Under the pieces are notes generated by a model, which was given only the letters and a program-made list of their open reading frames with translations, made no database searches and was not told the DNA's origin. From Sumerlaeia bacterium (GTDB lineage: Bacteria; Sumerlaeota; Sumerlaeia; SLMS01; JAHLLQ01): 64,000 bases of DNA. Below are positions 45,794 to 55,872 of the stretch, in pieces. The translations under genes and the position numbers were made by a program. Position 1 is the first letter of the stretch, and every line of letters starts with the position of its first letter. The stretch is taken from the NCBI GenBank assembly GCA_040219255.1, contig JAVJSW010000042.1, forward strand, positions 64,001 through 128,000, written 5' to 3'.

Positions 45794-46555
45794 ATGAGCG
45801 AGGAACTGTACCACACGCCCGATCTGTACGAACTGGCCCTGGGCGCGGAGGCCGACGGGGAGGAGGTGGCGTTCTATGCGCGGTGGCTGGCGCGGGGTCC
45901 GGGGGCGGAGCGGGTGCTGTCGCTGGGGTGCGGCGGCGGGCGGCTCGAGGCGCCCCTGGCGCGGCTCGGCGTGCGGTTTGTGGGGGTGGACGCGGCGGCG
46001 GAGATGGTGGCGCTGGCGGGAGGGCGCGATCCGGGGGGGCTGTATCTGCGGGGCGACATGGCGCGCGGGGCGGTGCGGGGGCCGTTCGCGGGGGCGATCA
46101 GCGGGCTGCTGAGTTTCGCCTACCTGACCCGCCGTGGCGAGGCCGAGGCGTGCCTGCGGTGGGTGGCGGAGACGCTCGCGGCGGGGGCGCCGCTGCTGCT
46201 GGATGTGCCGCTCTCGCACCGGCCGCGCCGGTTGCAGGGGGTCGAGGAGTCGCTCGCCGGTGAGGGCTGGACCTACCGGTTTCGGTATCTGGATTGGGAG
46301 CGGTCGCTGCCCGCCGGCGAGGTCCTGCACACGCGCATCGAGGTGGAAGCGGGCGGGCGCCTGGTGCGGCGCGACGCACCGCTGCTGGTCTTCACGCCCG
46401 AGGGCGCGCGGAGGTTGCTGGAGATGTGTGGCTTCGGGGACGTGCGGTTCTTTGCGCCCCACGACGCGGAGAGCGGTAGCGAGGAGCCGCCGGAGGGGTG
46501 TTTGCGCGGGGTGGTGGTGGGGCGGAGATTTTTAGCCGCGGATGAATGCGGATAA
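45794..46555 (+). CDS. Class I SAM-dependent methyltransferase
   Basis: LY..PDLYE, VLSLGCGGGR, GVDAAAEMV, RGDM, LAAGAPLLLD. Confidence 0.82.
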   Translation: MSEELYHTPDLYELALGAEADGEEVAFYARWLARGPGAERVLSLGCGGGRLEAPLARLGVRFVGVDAAAEMVALAGGRDPGGLYLRGDMARGAVRGPFAGAISGLLSFAYLTRRGEAEACLRWVAETLAAGAPLLLDVPLSHRPRRLQGVEESLAGEGWTYRFRYLDWERSLPAGEVLHTRIEVEAGGRLVRRDAPLLVFTPEGARRLLEMCGFGDVRFFAPHDAESGSEEPPEGCLRGVVVGRRFLAADECG

Positions 46556-46654
46556 ATAGGATTTTCTGTCTGGTAGCGATATAAGAGAGACGCGGAATCT
46601 TAACCCATACATAACCGCTGGCTTCTTATCCGATTCACCCGATTCATCTGCGGC
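46535..46654. repeat. REP-like imperfect inverted repeat between convergent genes
   Basis: GCCGCGGATGAAT(GCGGATAA) ... (TTATCCG...)ATTCATCTGCGGC; 12/13 complementary arms around an AT-rich core. Confidence 0.6.
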
Positions 46655-46667
46655 CAATTCAATCAAC

Positions 46668-47249
46668 CTACCGCTTCTTCACCAACCGCCGCCACCACGT
46701 CAATTCGCTCGGGGCGGTGGCGCCTCCGGTCTTGAAGAGGCTGGTGCCGCCGACGATGCTGCGGACGTCTTCGATGGTGAGGAAAGCGCGCGGGCAATAT
46801 TCCAGGATGGCCGCGGTGGCCGTCTGGCTCTTCTTGCGCGGCACGATCAGGAAGACGATTTCGACGGCTCCCATGGCGCCTTTGCCCTGCACTTCGGTGA
46901 CGAGGTAGCCCCTCTCGCGCAAGAAGGCGGCGAGGTATTTGTGGGCCTCGATGTTGACGACGCGGATCAATTGTTCGCCCAAGGCGAGGCGGCTCTCAAT
47001 CCACATGCCGACCAACGTGCCGGCCGCGAAACCGCCGCTGTAGCCGACGACGTTCAGATAGTTTTCCGTCACGTTCGTCACCACGGCGGAGACGGCGAGG
47101 AGCCAGATGGTGACCTCGATAAAGCCGAGGAAGGCGGCGAGAATACGCTGGCCCCGGATGACGAACATGATGCGCACCGTGCCGATCGACACGTCCACAA
47201 GCCGGGCGAAGAAAATAATGAGGGGGGTGAGAAGATCGAGGTTTTCCAT
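46668..47249 (-). CDS. DUF2179/DUF5698 (UPF0316) membrane protein
   Basis: IFFARLVDVSIGTVR, LGFIEVTIW, GGFAAGTLVG, LRERGYLVT..GKG. Confidence 0.88.
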   Translation of the reverse strand: MENLDLLTPLIIFFARLVDVSIGTVRIMFVIRGQRILAAFLGFIEVTIWLLAVSAVVTNVTENYLNVVGYSGGFAAGTLVGMWIESRLALGEQLIRVVNIEAHKYLAAFLRERGYLVTEVQGKGAMGAVEIVFLIVPRKKSQTATAAILEYCPRAFLTIEDVRSIVGGTSLFKTGGATAPSELTWWRRLVKKR

Positions 47250-47259
47250 AAATGACAAA

Positions 47260-48621
47260 TCAGAAGAGCCGCAGTCGAAACGGCAGATTGAGGAGGCGGT
47301 GGGTGACGATGATTCCCGCGATGGAGGCGGCGATCTGGGCCAGGCTGCCCCCGGCCACCGCCAGGACCGGTCCGCCGAAGCGAGCACCGAGCCAAACCGC
47401 CGCGACGTTCACCACGCCCGTCGCCAGCGACACCCACAGCGCCGCCTTGGGATGGCCACCCTGGACCAGGATCGCCCCCGTGGCAACGTAGGATAACCCG
47501 AGCAACGGTAAGCACCAGCCGAGCCACTGGACCATCTCCGTAGCGTCGGTGTACTGGGGAAAGAGGGGCCGGATCACCAGGCCGTTCAAGAGAAAGGCGG
47601 CGGCTAACGGAAAAGAAACCGCCAGCACCAACCCATAGGTCCGATGGGTCATCGCCCGCAACCCCTCCTCGTCGCCCGTGGCCTTCAGCGCCGCCACGCG
47701 GGGGGACACGGCGTTGACGATGACGCCGTAGAGCAAGAGCGGAACGAGCAGAACGCGCTCGGCCAGACCAAAGTGCCCGGCCGCGGCTTCGCCGAAAAAA
47801 GCGGCGAGGATCACGGTGTTGACCTTGAAGTGAAAGTACCCGAGCGCCCCGCGGGGCAGGAGCGGCACGGCGTAGGCGAACACCGACGCGAGCGTGGCCT
47901 GGGCCGGTTCGGCGGGGGCGCGAAAGTACTGACGCGCGTAGGAAAGCGCCAACAGCCCCATGTTCAGCGTCTGGAACCCGCCCATCACCATCAGGTACCA
48001 GAACGGCCCGTAGCCCTTCATCGCCAGGACGATCAGCGCGGCGGCCTGGAGCGGCGCCAGCAGACACGCCCAGAGCGCCGGAATCGCGAAGTTCCTCAGG
48101 CCCCGGAAGGCGGCTTCGATCGCGTACTTGCCCAGCCGCGACACGGCCACGAAGACGGCGGCGGCGATTTCCGGCCACCAATCGGTCAGCAGTTCCAACC
48201 GCCACAGAAAAACCCCGAGCACCAGAAGCAGAGACAGCGCCAGGCTCAGCCCCAGCGCCCCTCCGACGCACCGCCAGCCGACTCGGGCGGCGGCTTCGAT
48301 CTGGCGCGTCGCTTCCTCGGCCACGGCCCGCATCTGCGCGATGATGAAGCCATCGACCACCATGGAAATCCACTGCGCGCCTGACAGCACCAGTGCCAGA
48401 ATGCCGAACAGGTGCGGACCATAGATGCGCGCCACGACCAGACTGACGAGGGTCAACGCGCCGACCTCCACGCCGGTCTGGATCAGGTTGTACGACAGAT
48501 GCCGCCCGAATCGCCCGGGAGCCAAGTGGGCCTTGATGCGGCCAATGAGGCCTTGGGGCGGAGGGTTGGCGGCGCTGGCTGTGGGATCGGGTGACGACAA
48601 CGGGCGGGCGGGTCCTTCCAA
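47260..48621 (-). CDS. Wzx-like polysaccharide flippase (MOP family)
   Basis: About 12 TM segments; VVARIYGPHLFG, FFGEAAAGHFGLA, AVSPRVA. Confidence 0.75.
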   Translation of the reverse strand: MEGPARPLSSPDPTASAANPPPQGLIGRIKAHLAPGRFGRHLSYNLIQTGVEVGALTLVSLVVARIYGPHLFGILALVLSGAQWISMVVDGFIIAQMRAVAEEATRQIEAAARVGWRCVGGALGLSLALSLLLVLGVFLWRLELLTDWWPEIAAAVFVAVSRLGKYAIEAAFRGLRNFAIPALWACLLAPLQAAALIVLAMKGYGPFWYLMVMGGFQTLNMGLLALSYARQYFRAPAEPAQATLASVFAYAVPLLPRGALGYFHFKVNTVILAAFFGEAAAGHFGLAERVLLVPLLLYGVIVNAVSPRVAALKATGDEEGLRAMTHRTYGLVLAVSFPLAAAFLLNGLVIRPLFPQYTDATEMVQWLGWCLPLLGLSYVATGAILVQGGHPKAALWVSLATGVVNVAAVWLGARFGGPVLAVAGGSLAQIAASIAGIIVTHRLLNLPFRLRLF

Positions 48622-48909
48622 CGAGGCGCCAGTCTGAAAAGGCGGCGGATTTGGGCAACGGAAAAGGGAGGGGGCGGCGGTGGGAGGAAATCACCGCAGA
48701 GGCGCGGAGGACGCGGAGTAAAGCGGGCGAGGAGCTTATTGGTTTTCGTAGTTGGGCGACAAGGAATTCATTCCCAAATGGTGCCACAGATGATTCTTTA
48801 TAATTTATCTGCTCATCACGATTTCCAGGATTAAAAATCCGCTCATCCCCCATTCTTTGCACCTTTGCCCCTTCGCACCTTCGCGCTAGAAGCCATCAAC
48901 CAACCGTCC

Positions 48910-49620
48910 CTAAAGCAGCGCCACCGGGTCGTCCACTCTGAGGGTATCCTGGCTCAGGTACGCCTCGCCGTACTTCACGCCGATCAACGACCCGAAGTAC
49001 ATTCCGCGCGCTTCGATCATGCGCCAGGCGAGGTCGCTGGAAACAAAGGTATCGGCGCCTTTGTAGTTGGGATTGTGGAGTTGGGAGGTGTAGGACCGTA
49101 GCGATTCCATCTTCGTTTCCCAAACATCGGACACGTCCGCCACAAAGCTCACACGCTCTGGCAATTCCGTCCGCCGCCCCACCATGTACAAGAGCCGATG
49201 GACCCGGTGGCGTTCCTGGCCGGTGTCGTACTTGACCGTGTAGGAGGAAAAGATGGCGCGCTTGACAGCTTCGGCCAAGGCGTTGTGATCGGGGTGGTGG
49301 TCGCCCGGTTCATGGGTGATGACGAGGCGGGGGCGGTGCTCGCGGATGGCGTGGACGCAGGCGTGAACGGCCTGTGGCAGTTCGTCCGCGATCCGGCCGT
49401 CGGGCAGGCGCAGGTTGAGGCGCTTGGCGATGCCGAGAACCTCGCCGGCCGCGGTGGCTTCGCGGCGCCGTTCCTCGGGCGTGCCCCGGCTGCCCATTTC
49501 GCCGCCGGTGGCATCGGCGATCACAACCTTATAGCCGCGCCGCACGAGGCTCGCCACCAGGCCCCCACCCAGAATCTCCACGTCATCGGGATGGGCTCCG
49601 ATAAACAACACATCAGCCAT
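48910..49620 (-). CDS. bshB1: PIG-L family N-acetylglucosaminyl deacetylase (BshB1-like)
   Basis: GAHPDDVE, GEMGSRGTPEERRRE, DHHPDH, IGVKYGEA. Confidence 0.8.
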   Translation of the reverse strand: MADVLFIGAHPDDVEILGGGLVASLVRRGYKVVIADATGGEMGSRGTPEERRREATAAGEVLGIAKRLNLRLPDGRIADELPQAVHACVHAIREHRPRLVITHEPGDHHPDHNALAEAVKRAIFSSYTVKYDTGQERHRVHRLLYMVGRRTELPERVSFVADVSDVWETKMESLRSYTSQLHNPNYKGADTFVSSDLAWRMIEARGMYFGSLIGVKYGEAYLSQDTLRVDDPVALL

Positions 49621-49643
49621 GGCAGTGCTCCTTCCGCCGTCCT

Positions 49644-52600
49644 TTAGTCTTTCACCACGCGGTCGAAGATCGCGCGCATGCGCCTCATGTTCGCGGCGAG
49701 CGTGTCCAGCTCGCCGCTCACGTCGGGTTCCTGGCCGAGAAGCCCACGCCGCAGCGCTTCGACTTTTTCCGGAAGAGGCGGAAAGGCGTCGCGCGCGGTA
49801 TCGAAGAGCAGCCGCTGCGTGCGCTGAATCCGCCGAAGCACCAGGTAATGGGCCCTTGTGAACTCCGCGTCTTCGGCGGGAATCAAGCCCCGCTCGGCGA
49901 TGCGGATCAGCCCCGCCGTCGCGTCGGGGGTCATCAGCGCCTCGTCCTCCAGACCCTCGCGGAGCTGGAAGTACTGCACCAGGAACTCCACGTCGATGGT
50001 GCCGCCGGGGCTTTGTTTGATGTCAAAGGGGCTGCGGCGCGGGATGCGATGGGCGGCTTCCATTTTGGCGCGCATGCCTCGCACCGCCTTGGCGAGATCC
50101 GGCATCGGCGAGCGCTCGCGCAGGGCTTCGTCGAATGCGGTCAAGGCGCCGGTGCTGATTTCCGTCGAGCCACAAGCCGCACGCAACCGCATGCCGGAGA
50201 GGAACTCCCAGATATCCGCCTCGTTGCCATAGTACCGCCGGATGCGGTCGATCGACGCGGCCAGGGGGGCGTTCGCCCCGTCGGGCCGAAGGCGAGCGTC
50301 CACTTTCCAGAGTTGGCCCTTGGGCGTCACGGAACTCATGGCGCTCAGCACTCGCGACGCGAACCGCGCCACGGCCTGGCTTTCGCTCGCGTCGCCGCAA
50401 ACCACCGCGATGTCTAAATCCGACACGAAATGGACCCGCCCGGCGCCGTAGCCGCCCATGGCCAGGAACGCCCAGGGCTCGGCCACGTCGCGGGCCAGGA
50501 CGGTGCTGACTTCCCGCAGGCAAAGGTCCGCCAGCGCCGTTGCCCCCGCCCGCGCTTCCTCAAGCGTCGAAACGCCCATGATGTCTTTCACCGCCAGAAA
50601 GAGCGCCTCTCGGGCCTTGAAGATGCGGATCATTGTCAGCGCGTCGTCCTCGCTGGCATTCGCCACGCGTGGGGCGACTTCCTGGGCGAAGATCCCTTCC
50701 AAGTCGCGATTGGGCGCCATGCCGCCTTCGCGCAGCATCACTTCCAGCCATTCCGGATGGGCGACGAATTCCCGCGCGGGCATGGGACCGAAACCCAGCG
50801 TCTGGATGAACAGCCGCAGAATCGGCGGGTGGGCGCGGATCAAATCGTAGGAAACGCCCAGCCCGCCCTCGGCCCGCAGCACCGACGCCAAGTGCCGCAC
50901 CGACGATTGCGGGTCGCTGGAAAACTGAAAGGTCTCGAGCAACTCAGGCAGGAATCGCTCGAAAGTCCGCTGGCCACGCCGCCCCAGCGCCGCCTCGCTG
51001 GTCCCCCGGGCCAATTCGCGCAGCGCCGTGAAGCCCCCCGGTGTTCCGAGGCCGTACGGCTCCAACTGCTTCAGAACTTCGTCCGGCGGCGTTCCTCCGG
51101 CATCCAGCGCGTCCAGCAAACTCGGTCCCGACCCGGTGTCTTCGCCTTCATGGAACAGCGCCTCAAAGCAGCCCCGCACCGCCGCCCGCGACTCGTCGAC
51201 GCGGCGCCAGAACGCCGTCGGATTCGATTCGCCGCACCGCATCGCCAGCGCCCGCCTCTCTCGCGCGTCCGTGGGCAGGATCTGCGTTTGCTGGTCGTTC
51301 ATCATCTGGAGCCGGTGCTCCACGATGCGGTAGAACAGATAGGCCTCGCGCAGCTTCTCCGTGTCCTCCGCCGGCAGATGTCCCGCCTCGCGCAGCCGCG
51401 CCAGGGCTTCCAGCGTGGGCCGCGTCCGGAATTCCTCGTGCGACGCCCCGTGCAGGATTTGCAGCGCCGTCACCACGAACTCGATTTCCCGGATGCCGCC
51501 GGGCCCACGCTTGATGTCGCGCTCGCGGCCCGCTTCGTCCAGCCTTTCGGTGTCGATGCGCCGCTTCAATCGAGCGATCTCCGACAGGATCGTCATGGGG
51601 CTGCTGCTGCCGAAAACGAAAGCGCGGCGGATTTCCTCGAACTTGCGGTCCACCTCCGGGTCCCCCGCCACGGTGCGGCCCTTCAGGTAAGCCACCCGTT
51701 CCCAGGCCCGCGCGGTCGTCGCCAGGTATGTCTCGAAGGACGTCAGCGAGCGCGCCATCTCGCTGCCATCGCCCTCGGGGCGCAGTCGCGCGTCCACGCG
51801 AAAGAGCATGCCTTCGCTCGTCGAATCGCCCAGCACGCGGCAGATATTCGTCGCCAGTCGTCCGTAGAACTCGCGATTGCTCAGCCGGCCGGTGCGCAAC
51901 CCGCCAGCGTCCTGCACACCGCTCGTCTCGCCGTCTTCGGCGTAGCAAAAGACCAGATCGATATCGGAGGAAAAATTCAGCTCTCCCCCGCCGAACTTGC
52001 CCATCGCCAGGACGATGAATCCGGTGCCCGCGCCCGCTCCTTCGGGGCGGCCAAAGCGCGGTTCCAGCTCGGCCCAGCAAAGCTCAATCGCGCTCTCGCA
52101 GCAGGCCTGGGCGAAGTCCGACAGCTCGCCGCACAGCGTCATGATGTCGCCATAGCCTTCCATGTCGCGGATGCCGATGCGCAACATTTCCCGGCGCCGG
52201 AATCGCGCTAGAGATTTGCGCTTGGCCTCCGGCGAACGGCGCTTCGACGCGAAGCACGCGCGCACTTCCTCGCGATAGGCGGCGAGGGTCTTGCGTTCCT
52301 TCAGGTCCGGCGAGGTCAGCACCGCTTCCAGGTATTCCGGGCTGCGGACGATGACATCGGCGAAAAACTGAGAAAACGCCAGCAGTCGCATCAGCAGCCG
52401 CCGGTATTCGGCATTGGCGTTCAGCAGCCGGAAGAACGCCCCGCGGTCGAAGACCGCATGGGCGTAGCGCGAGAAGTTCGACATCGCCATGGGAGGATCG
52501 GCGGTGACCACGACCTCGGCCAAAAGCTCCGCCGCGAAAGCCGAGACCCTCTCGAAATACAGCGGATCGCGGGCGAATTCCAGCAGTCGCTCCGTGGCGT

Positions 52601-52703
52601 CTTCCCGGTTTTCCGCCGGCCATTGGACCCGCGCAAGCGCCTCGCCGATTTCGGCGCGGAATTGGGCGAGGGCTTTGGTCTGCTGGGGCGTCAAGTCGGC
52701 CAT
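49644..52703 (-). CDS. glnE: Bifunctional glutamine synthetase adenylyltransferase/adenylyl-removing enzyme
   Basis: MGKFGGGELNFSSDIDL, RVDARLRPEG, WERVA, DIKRGPGGIREIEF; second NT domain SDLD, VDARLRPDG, IKQSPGGTIDVEF. Confidence 0.95.
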   Translation of the reverse strand: MADLTPQQTKALAQFRAEIGEALARVQWPAENREDATERLLEFARDPLYFERVSAFAAELLAEVVVTADPPMAMSNFSRYAHAVFDRGAFFRLLNANAEYRRLLMRLLAFSQFFADVIVRSPEYLEAVLTSPDLKERKTLAAYREEVRACFASKRRSPEAKRKSLARFRRREMLRIGIRDMEGYGDIMTLCGELSDFAQACCESAIELCWAELEPRFGRPEGAGAGTGFIVLAMGKFGGGELNFSSDIDLVFCYAEDGETSGVQDAGGLRTGRLSNREFYGRLATNICRVLGDSTSEGMLFRVDARLRPEGDGSEMARSLTSFETYLATTARAWERVAYLKGRTVAGDPEVDRKFEEIRRAFVFGSSSPMTILSEIARLKRRIDTERLDEAGRERDIKRGPGGIREIEFVVTALQILHGASHEEFRTRPTLEALARLREAGHLPAEDTEKLREAYLFYRIVEHRLQMMNDQQTQILPTDARERRALAMRCGESNPTAFWRRVDESRAAVRGCFEALFHEGEDTGSGPSLLDALDAGGTPPDEVLKQLEPYGLGTPGGFTALRELARGTSEAALGRRGQRTFERFLPELLETFQFSSDPQSSVRHLASVLRAEGGLGVSYDLIRAHPPILRLFIQTLGFGPMPAREFVAHPEWLEVMLREGGMAPNRDLEGIFAQEVAPRVANASEDDALTMIRIFKAREALFLAVKDIMGVSTLEEARAGATALADLCLREVSTVLARDVAEPWAFLAMGGYGAGRVHFVSDLDIAVVCGDASESQAVARFASRVLSAMSSVTPKGQLWKVDARLRPDGANAPLAASIDRIRRYYGNEADIWEFLSGMRLRAACGSTEISTGALTAFDEALRERSPMPDLAKAVRGMRAKMEAAHRIPRRSPFDIKQSPGGTIDVEFLVQYFQLREGLEDEALMTPDATAGLIRIAERGLIPAEDAEFTRAHYLVLRRIQRTQRLLFDTARDAFPPLPEKVEALRRGLLGQEPDVSGELDTLAANMRRMRAIFDRVVKD

Positions 52704-52965
52704 GGTGCGAGGGTCATAGGACGAGCGGGGGGCGGGGAGCACGGGAAAAGTGGACTGGAAGTGTCGGGATGAAGGATTCTCGACGCAAGGCAGCGAGGGT
52801 GCAAAGTTTGGGCAATGCGGAACACAACGAATGTTTCATGCATATTTATTTCCTTCTGAGTATCCAGGACGAGCCCAACATACCCACTTGTTGAAAACCT
52901 CAGAAGACGGCCGCCATGGAAGCAGAACCACGCACTTCGCGTCTCTGCTCGTTTGCACCTCTGGG

Positions 52966-54171
52966 TTAATTCCCTTTTCCTCCCACAGCGATATTATACC
53001 ACAACACCCTCACCGCCGGGCGGCTGTCTTTTCTGCCCCAGCCCACGATGCCCCACAGTGGGCCATGGGCCGCGTAGGTGCCGTCGCTGTCTTCACCGCC
53101 GGGCGTGCGATAATCCATCCACAAACTGCCCAAACCCACGAGACGGGTGGCTCCGGTGGGCTTGCCGGGGCGGCGCGGGTTCGCACCGTCCTCCCATTCC
53201 TTGTACGAGAGATAGAACGGCACGCCCCAGAGCGGACCGTGAACGGCGGCTTCGGTGCGTTCGCCGGGCTCCGTTTCCTGGAACATCGCCGTCGCCCAGA
53301 GAAGGCCGGAAAGCGCCGCGTTCAAGTTCACCTTGGACGCTGTGGTCGGCTGATCGTCCCCGGCAGTGGCGAATTCGCTCTCGTCAATGTGGAAGCCCAC
53401 GTAGCCGAGCAACCCGAGGGCGGGGCCGTGCAGGTCCACGCTGCCTTTGCTTCGTTCGTGTTCAATGGCGTCGTCGATTGACAGGTGCGCGCTGGACCAA
53501 ACAAATTCTCCCATAACGACCGGTAACCCGGGGGTCACAAACCATGCGTTGAACCGTTCGTGCCCGTCGCTGGTGACTTGGTCTCCACGCCCGCAGATTC
53601 CGCGCGGTCCCAAGTGCCACAAGGTCTGCCAAATCCGCGACCGCTCGCCGCCACCGGCGCGCCGAATGTCGATGCTGGAAAAGAACAGTGGTACACCGCC
53701 ACCGCTGAATATCGAATAGTCGTCATAGGGCGGCGAACCCGTGCTGGATGCGGTCGCATAGAATGGATTCCAACGCACTTTCCCCACCGCATCCGGCTCG
53801 CCTGGTCCATCGTAGGTATATTCGGTGTAATTGACCCAGAAAGGAGGAATCAAAGGCAGCGGATTCATGAAGCTCGACCTCGCACCCACGACATAGGGCG
53901 CCCGATCTACCCGCTTGGCCAGGAGTTCCTTCGCGAACCTGTTCAACGGAATGGGCCAAAATCTACCCGTGAGGAGTTGACTGGTCAGCGTGTCGAAGTC
54001 ATAGCCCGGGTCCCGATCAACTTTCTCCCACTCCGCCTCGGTGATCGCCCCCCCATGGCTGACTCGTTCGACCAATTCCGGATCGTCGAATTTCCGGTAG
54101 TCATCGCTCTTGATTGCGCAACCGCTCAAGACACATGCTATTAAAAGGGGAATCAGGACACGGAGAGTCAT
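52966..54171 (-). CDS. Hypothetical lipoprotein with repeated HGPLWG-type motifs
   Basis: VLSGC lipobox; HGPALG/HGPLWG repeats; Trp/Gly-rich. Confidence 0.55.
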   Translation of the reverse strand: MTLRVLIPLLIACVLSGCAIKSDDYRKFDDPELVERVSHGGAITEAEWEKVDRDPGYDFDTLTSQLLTGRFWPIPLNRFAKELLAKRVDRAPYVVGARSSFMNPLPLIPPFWVNYTEYTYDGPGEPDAVGKVRWNPFYATASSTGSPPYDDYSIFSGGGVPLFFSSIDIRRAGGGERSRIWQTLWHLGPRGICGRGDQVTSDGHERFNAWFVTPGLPVVMGEFVWSSAHLSIDDAIEHERSKGSVDLHGPALGLLGYVGFHIDESEFATAGDDQPTTASKVNLNAALSGLLWATAMFQETEPGERTEAAVHGPLWGVPFYLSYKEWEDGANPRRPGKPTGATRLVGLGSLWMDYRTPGGEDSDGTYAAHGPLWGIVGWGRKDSRPAVRVLWYNIAVGGKGN

Positions 54172-54344
54172 CGCCCACACCTAACCTGGGATTGCGCCGA
54201 AGCGCCTTGTGCCGCATTCAACCGCCCAGTCCCCCCGAGTCCGCAAGCCGAGACCCCGCCCCCGCCGTGCTCTTTCACCGGAAAACCACCGCCCCGCCGC
54301 CGCCCAAGCCGCCGACGCCCCGTCAGCGGTCCGTGGATCGATTC

Positions 54345-55757
54345 ATGAACCACACGGCCACCAGCGTCGCCGTCGTGCTTCTGATCATTGCCAGCGTGGT
54401 TCTGCTTTTCTGCGAGTCGATTTTCGCCGACCGCGTCTGGGTTTACTGGATCGTGGTGGCGGGCGACGCGATCACGTTCCTGTTCATCATCGAACTGGCG
54501 GCGCGCTACTATGGCGAGGCGGACCGGCGCCGGTTCTTCGCGCGTCACTGGATCGACGTTCTGGCGGTCCTGCCGCTGGCGCCCTTCCGTGTGCTGCGGG
54601 TGCTGCGGGTTCTTCGTATTTTCCAGGCCATCAACCTGCTCAGCCGAAGCAACCGCAAGATCCGTGGCGTCTTTCGCCAGAGCCTCGGCACCCAACTGCG
54701 CGTGCTTATTGTGATGGTCACGATGATCCTGGTGGTCGCCATGGCGCTGGTGGCGGTCGAGGGCAAGAACGGCCCGCCCGATTTCCAGGACATCAACGGC
54801 GCCCTCTGGTGGTCGTTCTTGAGCATGATCGCCGGCGAACCCATGGGCGCCATGCCGGAATCGATCGTCGGCCGCTTTCTCACCGCCATCGTCATGATCG
54901 GCGGCCTGACGGTCTTCGCCTTTCTGACCGGCACCGTGTCGGCGCTGATGATCGAACAATTTCAAACCGCACTGGGAAGCGATCAAATGGACTTGGACAA
55001 ACTCGACGGCCACATTCTCATCTGCGGCTGGAATCGCAGCGCCCCCGTGGTGCTCGAAGAATTCGAAACCAGCGATGAAACCGAAGGCGTTCCCGTCGTC
55101 GTCGTTGCCGAAATCAAACCCAAAGGCTTCGACGCGCTGGCCGCCAAATTCCCGAACGTCGAGTTCATCCTCGGCGATTACACGCGCATGGAGATCCTCA
55201 AGAACGCTGGCGTCGAGCGCGCCAGCCGCGCCATTCTCCTGGCGGACAAATCCAAAATCGACCGCAGCGACCAGGACCGCGACGCCCGCACGGTGCTGGC
55301 CGCCCTGATGATCGAGAAGCTCCACCACGGCATTTTCACCTGCGCCGAACTGCTGCTGCGCGACAACGTCGAACTGCTCCGCCACGCCGGCGTCGAAGAA
55401 GTCATCGTCGGCGACGAATACAGCGGCGTCATGCTCGCCGCCAGCGCCCGCATCCGCGGCGTGGTCGAGATCGCGGCGGAAATCTTCAGCAACCAGACCC
55501 GAAACAAACTCTTCAAGTGCGACCTGCCGCCGAACTGGGACGGCGAGTACTTCGTCACCGTCGCCGGCCGCATCCACACGCACCATCACGCCATCCTGAT
55601 CGCCGTGGAACGCGCCGGAGGCCCTGGCGACGCCCCCACCGCCCCCGGCCAGCCAACGCCCTCGACCCGCCGCACCGAAACCAACCCGCCCGCCGACATG
55701 GTCCTGCGCAAGGGCGACCGCCTGATTGTGATCGGGGAGAAAAAGCCGCCGTTTTGA
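54345..55757 (+). CDS. Voltage-sensor ion channel with TrkA-N/RCK domain (K-channel-like)
   Basis: WIDVLAVLP, S4 FRVLRVLRVLR, pore helix ALWWSF, HILICGWN, GDYT, AGVERA, RDARTVLAAL. Confidence 0.85.
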   Translation: MNHTATSVAVVLLIIASVVLLFCESIFADRVWVYWIVVAGDAITFLFIIELAARYYGEADRRRFFARHWIDVLAVLPLAPFRVLRVLRVLRIFQAINLLSRSNRKIRGVFRQSLGTQLRVLIVMVTMILVVAMALVAVEGKNGPPDFQDINGALWWSFLSMIAGEPMGAMPESIVGRFLTAIVMIGGLTVFAFLTGTVSALMIEQFQTALGSDQMDLDKLDGHILICGWNRSAPVVLEEFETSDETEGVPVVVVAEIKPKGFDALAAKFPNVEFILGDYTRMEILKNAGVERASRAILLADKSKIDRSDQDRDARTVLAALMIEKLHHGIFTCAELLLRDNVELLRHAGVEEVIVGDEYSGVMLAASARIRGVVEIAAEIFSNQTRNKLFKCDLPPNWDGEYFVTVAGRIHTHHHAILIAVERAGGPGDAPTAPGQPTPSTRRTETNPPADMVLRKGDRLIVIGEKKPPF

Positions 55758-55872
55758 GGAAGTTGGCGGACGATGAGCTTCCCGCCCCGCCCGTTTTTCC
55801 TTGTCCTTGTTCCTCCTTTTCGCCATCGGGAGGGGAGAATTCCGCCCGCGCACGACTGAGCCCTCCCGTTTT

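Noticed and set aside
48692-48890. Short repeats as a CRISPR array
   Set aside because: The units are 8-9 nt, degenerate, and have no unique spacers
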